This document shows, one piece after another, positions 1 to 9,011 of a stretch of DNA of 64,000 nucleotides. The notes under the pieces are model-generated. The model was not told where the DNA came from. It searched no databases and saw only the letters and a list, made by a program, of their open reading frames with translations. Origin of the DNA: Bdellovibrionota bacterium (GTDB lineage Bacteria > Bdellovibrionota_C > UBA2361 > JBGSMV01). The position numbers and the translations under genes are program-made. Each line of letters begins with the position of its first letter. The stretch's first letter is position 1. The stretch is from positions 64,001 through 128,000 of the forward strand of contig JBGSMV010000015.1 in the NCBI GenBank assembly GCA_041739995.1, in the 5' to 3' direction.

Positions 1-94
1 GGGTTGTCTACAGATCACTGCAACGAAAGCTTAATTCCGTGTTGCCCCTAACGGGTCGATTTGCGGAGCAAATCGGGGGTGAAAATACTCTCCG

Positions 95-170
95 TTCACA
101 AGATGTAACCGTATCCGGTTCACAAGAGCTAGCCGTACGCGGCTCACAAGATGTAGCCGTACCCCACAAG
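95..170. repeat. Degenerate 24-bp tandem repeat x3
   Basis: TTCACAAGATGTAACCGTATCCGG / TTCACAAGAGCTAGCCGTACGCGG / CTCACAAGATGTAGCCGTACCCC read directly from the sequence. Confidence 0.8.
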
Positions 171-270
171 GGGACGACCACCGACCTGCCACCACCGAGT
201 CTCTTTCAGCACAAAGACTTCCTAACTCCAACAGTTAATTTTTACCCCGTGAACGGATACGAGCTTTTTC

Positions 271-1257
271 TTAGGAGCTTCGGCGTCTGAGTGGGATCAC
301 TTTTGCTTCTCGCGGCAACGCGCTCCCCGTAGTTAAACTGCGCTGCTCTGAGGAAAGGGATCGCAAACTCCGATGGGGTACAGTTCCATTCGAAACAGCC
401 CCATTCGAAACAGTCCCATGCGCAACTTCATTACCAGGAATTCGATTCTGGGCCCGTCGCACAAGTTCTGCGCCAGTGATTTGCTGGGAAAGTTTTGCCT
501 CGCTCGAGGGATTCGCCCCCGATATCCCCTTGGAAAGCTGTACTGACGTCGAGCGCATGCGCGAAGCGACCTCGAAAGGGTTCCCCCCAAAAGCCTCGAA
601 AGAGTTCCCCCCAAAAGAATGTCGCTCAATCATTGGCGTATCGCCACTAGACTCCAATGTGACAGAGCGAACAGATTGCTGATCTCGGAGGTCTCCTAAC
701 AACGATCTTCCTCCGCCTTCTAACTTCGCTGTTCTATCGGACCGCATTATCGGGCTCGCACTAGCTGGGTTCGCACTGACAGAGTTCGCACCGACACCTT
801 CCGGGCGCACTAGTGGAACTCCTGGCACGCCCGCAATTCCTTTAAGCGCTTCCTCTAGCTCGGAACATGCGGCAGATGCTGCTTGCGATCGCGCCTTAGT
901 CGCCACCAACGTGCGGCTCACCAGCGCAGTACGAATGAAATCTCCGCGCTCAGCGGCAACGACGACCTCTCTGTGGCGCTGATTCAGTGCCGTTTCGGCT
1001 TCTCTAAATTCTGCAAGAAATCTGTCGCGGAGATGAGCGACCTGCATCGGAAGCTGTCTGGTGTGAGGTCCATCAAGCAAGGAAGTGAGCTGCTTCACCA
1101 GTTCAGCATTGACGAGCCTCCATGCAGCTGCCTGCATTTCTGTATACTCGGCAGCTTCCCCCTTCTGGGATCTCTCCATTGAAGAATACAGGCGATGAGC
1201 CTGGCGGCTGCGCTGCAATAGCATCAGCAACCGCGATCGAAATGTTTCTCCGTCCAT
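271..1257 (-). CDS. Hypothetical protein: helical N-terminal ~140 aa, disordered C-terminal half ending KVIPLRRRSS
   Basis: 328-aa ATG ORF; amphipathic helical N-terminus; internal short duplications (FGGNSFEAFGGNPFE, VSNGAVSNG). Confidence 0.7.
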   Translation of the reverse strand: MDGETFRSRLLMLLQRSRQAHRLYSSMERSQKGEAAEYTEMQAAAWRLVNAELVKQLTSLLDGPHTRQLPMQVAHLRDRFLAEFREAETALNQRHREVVVAAERGDFIRTALVSRTLVATKARSQAASAACSELEEALKGIAGVPGVPLVRPEGVGANSVSANPASASPIMRSDRTAKLEGGGRSLLGDLRDQQSVRSVTLESSGDTPMIERHSFGGNSFEAFGGNPFEVASRMRSTSVQLSKGISGANPSSEAKLSQQITGAELVRRAQNRIPGNEVAHGTVSNGAVSNGTVPHRSLRSLSSEQRSLTTGSALPREAKVIPLRRRSS

Positions 1258-1333
1258 GCGGTGCTAAGAGTAGCGCATGCCGCACAAATTTCAAAACAAT
1301 TCCGTACCTGTGAATATCCTGTGGAAAGATGCG

Positions 1334-1735
1334 TCATCCCTCGACTGTACTGGTTGAAGGCGCCGGCATGGCCCTCAAAAGTGCCGCTCGAATCCGACTC
1401 GCAGTTCGCACCGCGTGCAGTAGCACTCGTTTTTCAAAGCGGCTGCTTTGAGCCTCCGAAAAGTCACCGCGCCCGACCCACTCAACAACGCGAGGACACG
1501 AATTACGGTACTCACGCAGCGCCCCCACGATCGGCTCGATGCAGCTTGGATTCGCTTTTTCCAAGATCGCAACTGGCTGAAGGTTGAGTCCAATTTCAGC
1601 CCGTAAAGCGCTCTGTGGCTCCTCGGCGAGAACTCGGAGCGAGCCCAAAAGTCTCCGAACACCACGTTCGCTGAGGTCAGCCTGCACAGCGATTCTCCGT
1701 ATTTCTTCGTCCCGCACAAGCGCTCCCTCAATCAA
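1334..1735 (-). CDS. Hypothetical protein (weak MraZ-like C-terminal motif)
   Basis: 133-aa ORF co-oriented with 271..1257; LREY...VEWVGRGDFSE resembles MraZ LREYAGL..EVV.VG.GD..E. Confidence 0.35.
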   Translation of the reverse strand: MIEGALVRDEEIRRIAVQADLSERGVRRLLGSLRVLAEEPQSALRAEIGLNLQPVAILEKANPSCIEPIVGALREYRNSCPRVVEWVGRGDFSEAQSSRFEKRVLLHAVRTASRIRAALLRAMPAPSTSTVEG

Positions 1736-2120
1736 AATGCATAATGAAAACGTGGTCAGATGCTATTTTTGCCGTCATGACTGACCCATTTCACTCCGTC
1801 AATCAATGGAAACTTCATTCCACTTACAATCACCTCGAAGCTCTTTCGGCTGGCTCTTAAGTCTCGCGGTCGGGGGCCGCATCTCTCTGGGAAAATATTT
1901 CCCAAAGCGGCAAACACTCTCCCGGCCCCCGGCGAGATCTGCCGAACCGGTCCACGTGACCCTCTCGCCGATCCACTCGCGAAGCGTCTCAGCCGCCAGC
2001 ACGACAAAAGGGTCTTGGCATGAGCTTTGCTTTTAAAGTCCCTACGCATTCGATGGTCTATCCCACGAAGGGCTAGTAGGGGCTTGCCGGGGTGTCCTCC
2101 GATACCACACACACACACAC

Positions 2121-2258
2121 CTTCCCCGGCAGGTCTTGAGCGTCATTCAGGGTCCTTCTTTGCTCTACGCCTTCAAGGCTTTAGAGGGAAGATAGGTTGA
2201 CTCGCAACTGTCAAGGGCTTGCCCTGAAGCAGAATTGTCATGGAGACCACCGAAGGAG
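2121..2258 (+). ncRNA. Candidate structured non-coding RNA (6S-like rod or cis-regulatory leader; family unassigned)
   Basis: Long-range complementarity CTTCC/GGAG, CGG/CCG, GGTCTT/GAGACC, TTCAGGGT/GCCCTGAA enclosing two hairpins; intergenic; followed by an intrinsic terminator. Confidence 0.45.
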
Positions 2259-2282
2259 TGAGGTATTAGCAATTAAGCGGTG

Positions 2283-2320
2283 AAGCCGGCCACCTCTAAA
2301 AAAGGTGGTCGGCTTTTTTT
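2283..2320 (+). terminator. Rho-independent terminator
   Basis: AAGCCGGCCACCT-ctaaaaa-AGGTGGTCGGCTT stem followed by a T-tract. Confidence 0.85.
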
Positions 2321-2361
2321 GTTCCGTGCAAGTTGTAGTAGGCTCTGACACCGTGGAAGCA

Positions 2362-3318
2362 ATGCTGCCCTCAACCCCAGATCGCCTCGTTATCAGCCGC
2401 CCCCCTGGTGGCGACTTCCTTCATGCCTTTATCCCAGCAAGCCGCGGCCTCCCCTCAAATAGGGTAGCAAAGGCAGCGCGTGCCAAGTTGCTGATCCCCT
2501 TTCACTGTGGGGCAGTAATCTGCGCGACTATCCTGTTTGTGTTCATACTCCCGACTTCGGGTAGCAGTCAGACACCCCCGACTTCGAGTGCAGACTCCGC
2601 TCGGGGTAGGACATGGCGCACAATCGCCCCTGATCTCGACCTCGGCGAGTTCCTCCCCGAGGGCTCCTTTCTTCAAGCGCCACTAGTCATGGTGAGGTCT
2701 AGTCTGGCGAAGACCAAGCTACGCCTCATTCGCTCTGCCGAATTTGGCCTGGCCCGAGCCGAGGTACGTTCACTTTGTCGCCTAGCGCATGCGAGCGCTT
2801 GTATTAACGCGAGCTTCTTTGATGAGTCTGGACACCCTCTGGGCTTGCTGATCAGTCGCGGCGTCGTGATTCAAAACATGCATCAAAAGGGAAGAACTCT
2901 TACCGGAGTGCTGCAAGTCACGCGCTTTGGTCTTGATGTGTTATCTCGTTCTCAGTTTCGCTCACACAATGTACTTGAAGCGGTACAAGCTGGACCTCGA
3001 CTTGCGATCGACGGAGTAGCCACTTCTGGACTAAAGAACGACTCCCGCACCGGACGAGCCGCGGTTTGTAGGGATAGAGATAACCGAGTGATCCTTGCGG
3101 CGAGTTCTGCCGGGTTGAGAGGCCTCACTTTCGAAGAACTGCAAGACGCGCTGTTGCATGAGTCAGTCGGCTGCGTGAACGCGCTCAATCTCGACGGAGG
3201 CGGGTCTGCTCAAATCTTCATTGCGCCACGCTCCTCCTCTTCATCCGATACCGCAGTAGCAGTCGCCATTAACGGATTCGATCCGGTGCCGGTTGCACTC
3301 GGAATTTTTGAAGAGTAA
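2362..3318 (+). CDS. Phosphodiester glycosidase (NAGPA-like) family protein, membrane-anchored/exported
   Basis: INASFFD, AGPRL, ALNLDGGGS motifs; hydrophobic N-terminal segment; ATG 2362 preferred because GTG 2305 lies inside the terminator. Confidence 0.8.
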   Translation: MLPSTPDRLVISRPPGGDFLHAFIPASRGLPSNRVAKAARAKLLIPFHCGAVICATILFVFILPTSGSSQTPPTSSADSARGRTWRTIAPDLDLGEFLPEGSFLQAPLVMVRSSLAKTKLRLIRSAEFGLARAEVRSLCRLAHASACINASFFDESGHPLGLLISRGVVIQNMHQKGRTLTGVLQVTRFGLDVLSRSQFRSHNVLEAVQAGPRLAIDGVATSGLKNDSRTGRAAVCRDRDNRVILAASSAGLRGLTFEELQDALLHESVGCVNALNLDGGGSAQIFIAPRSSSSSDTAVAVAINGFDPVPVALGIFEE

Positions 3319-3490
3319 GGCGCCAGCCTCCCTAACCCGAAAAGTTAAACGATTCCGTCAAGCTTTAAACTTGTTAAAATAAAGCGCTGCCAACCATAAA
3401 GGCCTGGCTTAAGAGCTCCGACCATTCATAGTACAACCACTTAGCGCAGCTAAATGTTTGCAATTACCGAGTTTTTAGAAAGATTCCGGA

Positions 3491-3523
3491 TTGACAGTGG
3501 AGTGGTCCACGTTTAATTAACGT
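3491..3523 (+). promoter_or_regulatory. Putative promoter (-35 TTGACA) with adjacent near-palindrome ACGTTTAATTAACGT
   Basis: Perfect TTGACA at 3491 upstream of the MerR-like gene; -10 element ambiguous. Confidence 0.35.
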
Positions 3524-3602
3524 AAACTAACTGTCGAAGGGATATGGTATCACGTCGGTTGTGCCAGGCTAGTTAGGTAGGCCAGTGAGGTAGGGAGGTT
3601 CC

Positions 3603-4121
3603 GTGGTAAAAGAAGTCGCGGTTCAGGGAATTGAGATGCTCGATCGTGAATTTACTGCAAAGGACGTGCAGCTTATTCTTCGCGCGCTCACTCAGGGCGA
3701 AGAAAAGATTGGCCTTGCTCTTCTTAACTACTACGCAAGAACGAACCTGGTTCCTTCGACTGGAAAAAGTCGCTCACGCGGTCGAAGAAAGTATTCCTAT
3801 TCAGATCTTGTACTCCTCTGCTGGCTGTTTCGCATGAAGGGAGAAGGCCTTCCCGTAAATCGTTTCCGCAGAGGTATCGACTACCTCAGGAAACGGTTAC
3901 CCAAGCTCCACAAGAACCCAGCGGACATGGTAATGCTCACCGATGGGCGTCAGCTCTTCATTAAGCATCGCGTCGAAGATAGAGGCGAGATAGCAGAAGT
4001 GCTTACCGGCAAGCGCGCGGGGCAGTACGTCTGGGCCTACGCGATAGGTTCGCTAATCGAGGAAGTCGATCGAATCATCCTTGAACGCTTTGAGCCAGAA
4101 GTGGCAAAAGTTGCTGCTTAA
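3603..4121 (+). CDS. MerR-family HTH transcriptional regulator
   Basis: FTAKDV...LNYYARTNLVPS...GRRKYSYSDL...MKGEGLP pattern typical of the MerR winged HTH; GGGAGG RBS. Confidence 0.75.
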   Translation: MVKEVAVQGIEMLDREFTAKDVQLILRALTQGEEKIGLALLNYYARTNLVPSTGKSRSRGRRKYSYSDLVLLCWLFRMKGEGLPVNRFRRGIDYLRKRLPKLHKNPADMVMLTDGRQLFIKHRVEDRGEIAEVLTGKRAGQYVWAYAIGSLIEEVDRIILERFEPEVAKVAA

Positions 4122-4127
4122 GTGTGG

Positions 4128-4196
4128 GGGCGTGACCGCTATACCTTTGAGGGCGTGACCGCCATACTCTTGAGGGCGTGACCGCCACAACCCTTT
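4128..4196. repeat. 23-bp tandem repeat x3
   Basis: GGGCGTGACCGCTATACCTTTGA / GGGCGTGACCGCCATACTCTTGA / GGGCGTGACCGCCACAACCCTTT. Confidence 0.85.
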
Positions 4197-4337
4197 CATT
4201 TGTGCTATTCCCCTACTGAGAACTGCCACGTTGGGATAAAGTTGATCTCACCGTGGTGGTATGCCAGGATTTCGCCTCAGGAATACCCCCTTGAGGTAAG
4301 GGTCGATTCAGATTCATCGAATTTCGTCAGACAAAAT

Positions 4338-4401
4338 AGTGCAGATTTGGGACAGTGCAGATTTGGGACCGTGTAGATTTGGGACAGTGTAGTTATGGGA
4401 C
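4338..4401. repeat. 16-bp tandem repeat x4
   Basis: AGTGCAGATTTGGGAC x2, CGTGTAGATTTGGGAC, AGTGTAGTTATGGGAC. Confidence 0.85.
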
Positions 4402-4568
4402 ATAGCCGCAGCGGAAGATCCAGCACAATTCGACAGCTCTTCGCCTTACTTATGGAGAAGAAAGCATGGTGGCTCATCCCTATGGTCTCCGTATTCCTAC
4501 TACTCGGGGTCTTGATCGTAGCGACTGCAAGCTCACCGCTGTCCCCGTTTATTTATGCACTGTTCTAA
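4395..4568 (+). CDS. DUF5989-like small membrane protein (57 aa; not in ORF track)
   Basis: Hand translation MGHSRSGRSSTIRQLFALLMEKKAWWLIPMVSVFLLLGVLIVATASSPLSPFIYALF; KKxWWLxP...PFIYxLF signature. Confidence 0.8.
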   Translation: MGHSRSGRSSTIRQLFALLMEKKAWWLIPMVSVFLLLGVLIVATASSPLSPFIYALF

Positions 4569-4849
4569 GCAGTAGCGGCGATTCCTGAGGTGCCCAGGTG
4601 CTCGTGTCCAGGTGCTCGTGTCCTAGGCGAGAAACCTCTCTGGGCGTCTTTCTCGCTGCTCTCTCTCTGAACTCTTTGTTTAGTTCAATAAATATTGAAA
4701 AAGAGATCAGCGAGCGCGGCGAGACTTATTCTTCGAACTCTGGACTCAGGATACTAGGTCTTGGCTCTGTAGGGCTCCAGGCCACTCGCCAATCAAGAGC
4801 CTGCCCCTCCTATACGAAAGGCGTGCTGGGGACGGACAAGACATCGATG

Positions 4850-5131
4850 TCAAGGTAGCGGATTAGCTTGCTGGGCGGTAACTTCTCGCTCGATTCCATA
4901 CAGAAAGCAGACCACTTCGGCGATCAGCTCATAGGTTTCAGGCGGCACACGAGCACCCTGTGGCAGGTTTGAAAGCAGCTGAGAGAGTGCTTCGTCTTGA
5001 TGAACGGGAATATCGTGCTCGGCTGCGATACGCAGAATCTGACGCGCCACCTCTCCCGCTCCGGACGCGAGCACGCGCGGGATAGAGTCCTCTTCGTCAT
5101 ACTGAAGCGCGATGGCTCGTTCACGTTGCAC
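4850..5131 (-). CDS. FlhB C-terminal-like (EscU/YscU/HrcU family) small protein
   Basis: AIALQYD...PRVLASGAGEVARQI...IPVHQD...L...VPPETYELIAEV matches the FlhB cytoplasmic C-terminal domain; GGAG RBS. Confidence 0.85.
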   Translation of the reverse strand: MQRERAIALQYDEEDSIPRVLASGAGEVARQILRIAAEHDIPVHQDEALSQLLSNLPQGARVPPETYELIAEVVCFLYGIEREVTAQQANPLP

Positions 5132-5175
5132 GGGTCATCTCTCCTCAAAGGAACTTATCGATTCTGTCACGAATG

Positions 5176-5712
5176 CTACAATTCTCGCCCGGAAGTCGTA
5201 GGACTCTCATTCGCCACCACTCCAACTACATGCTGTCCAAGTGCTTCAGTAGAGCGCACCTTTGACCTTGCACGAGCCAATTCGGACGGAAGTCTCCATC
5301 CACCGAGCTTTGGCTGTTCATCATCGCCGAAGAGAAGCTTATTCGAGCGCTCGTAATCAAAAAGTGCCTCAACAAAAGACGTGGTGGCTCGATTTGAGTA
5401 CTCATGAATGAAGTAATGCAGCGATCGCATTGAGTGGGCCATTGCCCGTCGAAGGTCGCGATCAACGGGGCCCATGTTATCCCCATTATCCACGAAGATC
5501 TGTCGGAACTGCTGACAAAGCTCCTCTGCGGAGGCCTCGGAATCCCATTCCATCATCTCTATAGTTCGATGAGCACGAGAGCGCTTCGCTTCGCGAAGCA
5601 CGATAAAGCGAGAGACAAAGGCGGTTCGACGCGCACGCTGCAAGGCCTCAGACTGAACAGACTCCAGGCCCTCTGCGTTTTCGATAACCTTTGATTTGTG
5701 TGGTAACTGCAT
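5176..5712 (-). CDS. Hypothetical protein
   Basis: 178-aa ATG ORF, protein-like composition, co-oriented upstream of the FlhB-like gene. Confidence 0.7.
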   Translation of the reverse strand: MQLPHKSKVIENAEGLESVQSEALQRARRTAFVSRFIVLREAKRSRAHRTIEMMEWDSEASAEELCQQFRQIFVDNGDNMGPVDRDLRRAMAHSMRSLHYFIHEYSNRATTSFVEALFDYERSNKLLFGDDEQPKLGGWRLPSELARARSKVRSTEALGQHVVGVVANESPTTSGREL

Positions 5713-6123
5713 ACAACCTCTAACACCCCTAGTCTTAACACCAACAATCTTGCGACTCAGTCGATCTCAACTCCTCGATGTACGGAAGTACAATCGAGGC
5801 GAAGAATCGACCATTCTGCACTTAGTCGCTGATCAGACGATTCCCGCTTGGGACGGGCCCCTCTGCCGCGCGACCCTTCTTTGGGGCTACTATTCCTCGC
5901 TGCTGATTATGCTCATCGACGTTTTTTTGGTAGGTCTTGACCGCTATCTTCGCCTCCGCAACACCTCAGAAATTCAAGACCTTTCTGAGCAAAGGCTCAG
6001 AATGCACCCAGCCAAATTAGTAGGAACTTTTCGTAATCCCCGGGGCCTCTCCCCTTTGATCCATTTCGCCGCCGGGCTATCGTGCACGCGTATTAGACCG
6101 TTTAACCAGCTCTCCTGCCCCTT

Positions 6124-7380
6124 ATGAGCCACTTCCGCACTCAAGAACCCGCTGCTCAATCATTTGCGAAGGCCACGACGGCTTTGCGAACTCGCCACCT
6201 CGCTCTTCTGGTTGATGACTCAGTCATGCCCGAGCGTGTGGCGTTCGTCGCGCCAGCTCAAAACATAACCCCCGAAGTGGTAAACGAAATTTTGACGATG
6301 AGCGGCGGCCTGACCTTCGTCGCGGTACGCGCGGAACGAGCTCGATCTCTGCTGCTGGAACGCATGACGCGCACCCTGATGGAGAAATCAAATAACTCTG
6401 GCGCAAGCGCAGCCGCGCAAGACAGCTCTTCTCAACTCCGAACGATGTGCACTTCAGTCGAGGCCAGAGAAGGCGTCACCACTGGTATCAGCGCTTCCGA
6501 TCGAGCAAAGACCATTGCGATTCTAGGCGACACTGAGCTCCTTCCAAGGAAGCTAGTACGACCAGGTCACATCTTCCCCGTGGAAACGCTTCCCGGCGGT
6601 GCCTTGGTGAAAAATTCCGTGTTTGAGGCTGCGGTCGATCTCGTTACCGCCAGCGGATTCACCGAAGCCGCCGTTGTCGTAGACGCACTCGACCCTAGTG
6701 GTAACTTTCTGAGTCTCGATGACGCTACCTCGCTTGCAAAGGAAAAGGCGATTTCGGTCCTAAGTGTTTCTCAGCTCATTCGTGCGCGCCTTGAACTCGA
6801 GCACCTGGTCGTAAGAGTGGCTGAAGCCAAACTGCCTACCCGCTTCGGCGGCGAACTGAAGGCGGTGGTCTATCGCTCCCAGTTTGATTCTCTAGAGCAC
6901 ATCGCGTTGGTGAAAGGACAGATTGAGAACGCACCTTCGGTCCTCGTTCGAGTACAACCCGAGCTTACTTTTGGTGACATATTCGATTCGCGTTCAGAGA
7001 GCACTCGAAATCAGATCGATCGCTGCCTTGCGGCACTCAACGATCGGCCTGCGGGCGTCTTTGTATATCTGCGTAGACCGTTCAAAGTTCAGTTTGGTCC
7101 TCAACTTAATTCACGCTCAAATTCAGATCAGCAGCACGACCAAGAATCGAGCCCACCAGTTGATACGAGGCTAAAGCCTGCCTGGATGATGCGTGAGTAT
7201 GGGCTGGGGGCTCAGATCTTACGCGATCTCGGCGTCACTCGTGCCGAAGTACTTACCGGCACCACTCGTAACCTGGTGGGTATCAACAGCTTTGGAATTG
7301 AAATTGTGGGGCAGCTGCCAATTCCGGTCCTTCCTCAACCCTCTGCTTCCGCGCGAAATCAGGAAACCGTCACACCATAG
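6124..7380 (+). CDS. ribBA: RibBA-like fusion (DHBP synthase + GTP cyclohydrolase II folds), catalytic residues degenerate in both domains
   Basis: EAREGVTTGISASDRA, RPGHIFP, AKLPTRFG, EHIALVKG, REYGLGAQILRDLGV present; DRENEGD, RxGHTE and the Zn cysteines absent. Confidence 0.85.
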   Translation: MSHFRTQEPAAQSFAKATTALRTRHLALLVDDSVMPERVAFVAPAQNITPEVVNEILTMSGGLTFVAVRAERARSLLLERMTRTLMEKSNNSGASAAAQDSSSQLRTMCTSVEAREGVTTGISASDRAKTIAILGDTELLPRKLVRPGHIFPVETLPGGALVKNSVFEAAVDLVTASGFTEAAVVVDALDPSGNFLSLDDATSLAKEKAISVLSVSQLIRARLELEHLVVRVAEAKLPTRFGGELKAVVYRSQFDSLEHIALVKGQIENAPSVLVRVQPELTFGDIFDSRSESTRNQIDRCLAALNDRPAGVFVYLRRPFKVQFGPQLNSRSNSDQQHDQESSPPVDTRLKPAWMMREYGLGAQILRDLGVTRAEVLTGTTRNLVGINSFGIEIVGQLPIPVLPQPSASARNQETVTP

Positions 7381-7392
7381 AGGTGCTTTTGT

Positions 7393-8661
7393 ATGTCGAC
7401 AGTAACGTTCGCTGATGTGGTTCACCAACTGATTGACTTCTCGACCGAAGACCCGGCAGAAGCGGCAGTGCTTCGCATAATCGACACTCCCTGGTTCCAG
7501 CGTCTGCGGGATATTTCACAAACTGCGAACACCCGCTTGGTTTATATGTTTTCTGAGCATTCGCGCTTCGGTCACTCCATTGGCGTTGCACACCTCGCAA
7601 AGCTCTTGATGGATCGGCTCCAAATCCGATTCCCTGAAAGTGTCACCCCTTATCGAACTGCGGTGTTATTGTCGGCAACTTTACACGACATTGGGCACCT
7701 AGCTCCTGGTTCGCACACCGCTTTTAAAGCCTGGTTTCCAGGGCAGCCAGACACTCACGAAGACCTTTCGGCAAAAATTATTAACGAAGACCCCTCAATT
7801 CGATCGATCTTAGACCGCGTCGGCCCTGATGTTCGCAAAACCGTCACTGCCATCCTTGAAGAATCCAGCAGCGTACCCGCCTGGACCTGGGAAATTATCA
7901 GCGGCGGCGGATGGAATGTGGACCGCGGAAACTGGTGTATTGTCGACAGTATCCTGGCAGGTGTCAGCTACGGACGGTACAACGTCGCGGCCTTGACCGA
8001 AGCAATGCAACTCACCGCAGATCATCACCTGGCACTCAATGAGAGTCGCTTAGATGCCATGATGCATTTCACACTGTCTCGTCACGCCATGTATCGCCAG
8101 ATTTACCAGCACCGCGTGCTGCTCGCGGCTGACACTATAAACCGTGCGGTGGTGCAACGCGCTCGTGACCTTGGAGAAAAGATTCCGTTCGCAGACGAAG
8201 TCATGCAACAGGTACTCGCTGCGGCCTCACCTGAAGTGCTGCCGCTTTCTGCCATTTTCTCAATGCGTGAGTCCTGGTGGAAATATCACCTGATGCGCTG
8301 GGCCGATGGCTCTGACAAAATTCTTAGCGATCTTTCACGACGCTTAATAGATCGCAGATTGTTTAAAACCGTCCGGGTGCACGAAGTCGATAGCGAAGCG
8401 GCGCTTTTGGAGAAGGCCCGCGAGACCGTTATCGAAGCCGGGTTTGACCCACGCTATTACCTGCACTCAGTAGAGACGAGCGACGTACATGCAGGCGATT
8501 TCCAGACTCCTATGCTGGTACAAATGGACGATGGTCGGCTCCGCCACTTGAGTGATGCCGAACCTTTGTTCAAGGCGCTGGTGCGCGAGTCCCGCGGCAG
8601 TAGCAAGCAATGGATCGTGCTTCCCGATGAAGCCAAGCAGCTCTTTGGGCGTTCGCGCTAG
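7393..8661 (+). CDS. HD-domain phosphohydrolase (dNTP triphosphohydrolase/SAMHD1-like family)
   Basis: IIDTPWFQRLRDISQ, EHSRFGHSIGV, LHDIGH, VDR, MYRQIYQH motifs. Confidence 0.9.
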   Translation: MSTVTFADVVHQLIDFSTEDPAEAAVLRIIDTPWFQRLRDISQTANTRLVYMFSEHSRFGHSIGVAHLAKLLMDRLQIRFPESVTPYRTAVLLSATLHDIGHLAPGSHTAFKAWFPGQPDTHEDLSAKIINEDPSIRSILDRVGPDVRKTVTAILEESSSVPAWTWEIISGGGWNVDRGNWCIVDSILAGVSYGRYNVAALTEAMQLTADHHLALNESRLDAMMHFTLSRHAMYRQIYQHRVLLAADTINRAVVQRARDLGEKIPFADEVMQQVLAAASPEVLPLSAIFSMRESWWKYHLMRWADGSDKILSDLSRRLIDRRLFKTVRVHEVDSEAALLEKARETVIEAGFDPRYYLHSVETSDVHAGDFQTPMLVQMDDGRLRHLSDAEPLFKALVRESRGSSKQWIVLPDEAKQLFGRSR

Positions 8662-8745
8662 GGCGAGTTCGCTCTGAGACGGAATGTCTCGCAGTAATAA
8701 ACGGAGCAGTACATTTGCATCGAGAGAGCCAGATGACAGACCCAT
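8662..8745 (-). pseudogene. Truncated PIN-domain (VapC-like) toxin, N-terminus only
   Basis: MGLSSGSLDANVLLRLLLRDIPSQ is a typical PIN N-terminus; the frame then runs antisense into the HD gene. Confidence 0.65.
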
Positions 8746-8747
8746 GG

Positions 8748-8999
8748 CTACTTCTTTCCACGGCTTTGGTAAAAATCACTCACATCGGAAAGTGGCGCGC
8801 GCTCAGGAGATAGGTGCTTTGATGTCATCTATTGAATTTCTTCGAATGTAGCTGGCTTGGATATAACCGCTTCTCCGCGATCGGGATAAAAGCGAATGGT
8901 CAGCTTCGCGCCGCGTTCGGTTATGCCCCACTGGCGCCGCATTTCAACCGGCAACGTGGATGTCCCCTGGCTGGTAGCCGAGATGGTGTCTTCGATTAC
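8748..8999 (-). pseudogene. AbrB/MazE-type antitoxin with an internal stop
   Basis: Hand translation VIEDTISATSQGTSTLPVEMRRQWGITERGAKLTIRFYPDRGEAVISKPATFEEIQ*MTSKHLSPERAPLSDVSDFYQSRGKK*; in-frame TAG at 8829-8831; ends 2 bp before the PIN ATG. Confidence 0.7.
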
Positions 9000-9011
9000 T
9001 TTTTTTGCGAT

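Noticed and set aside
2241..2290. Canonical glycine riboswitch (GGAGAC-CACCGAAGGAG)
   Set aside because: The conserved 3' CUCAGG strand and a P2 stem are missing, and the downstream gene is unrelated to glycine metabolism. Kept only as an unassigned RNA.
4128..4196. Mini CRISPR array
   Set aside because: The period is only 23 bp and the variable parts resemble each other, so this is a tandem duplication.
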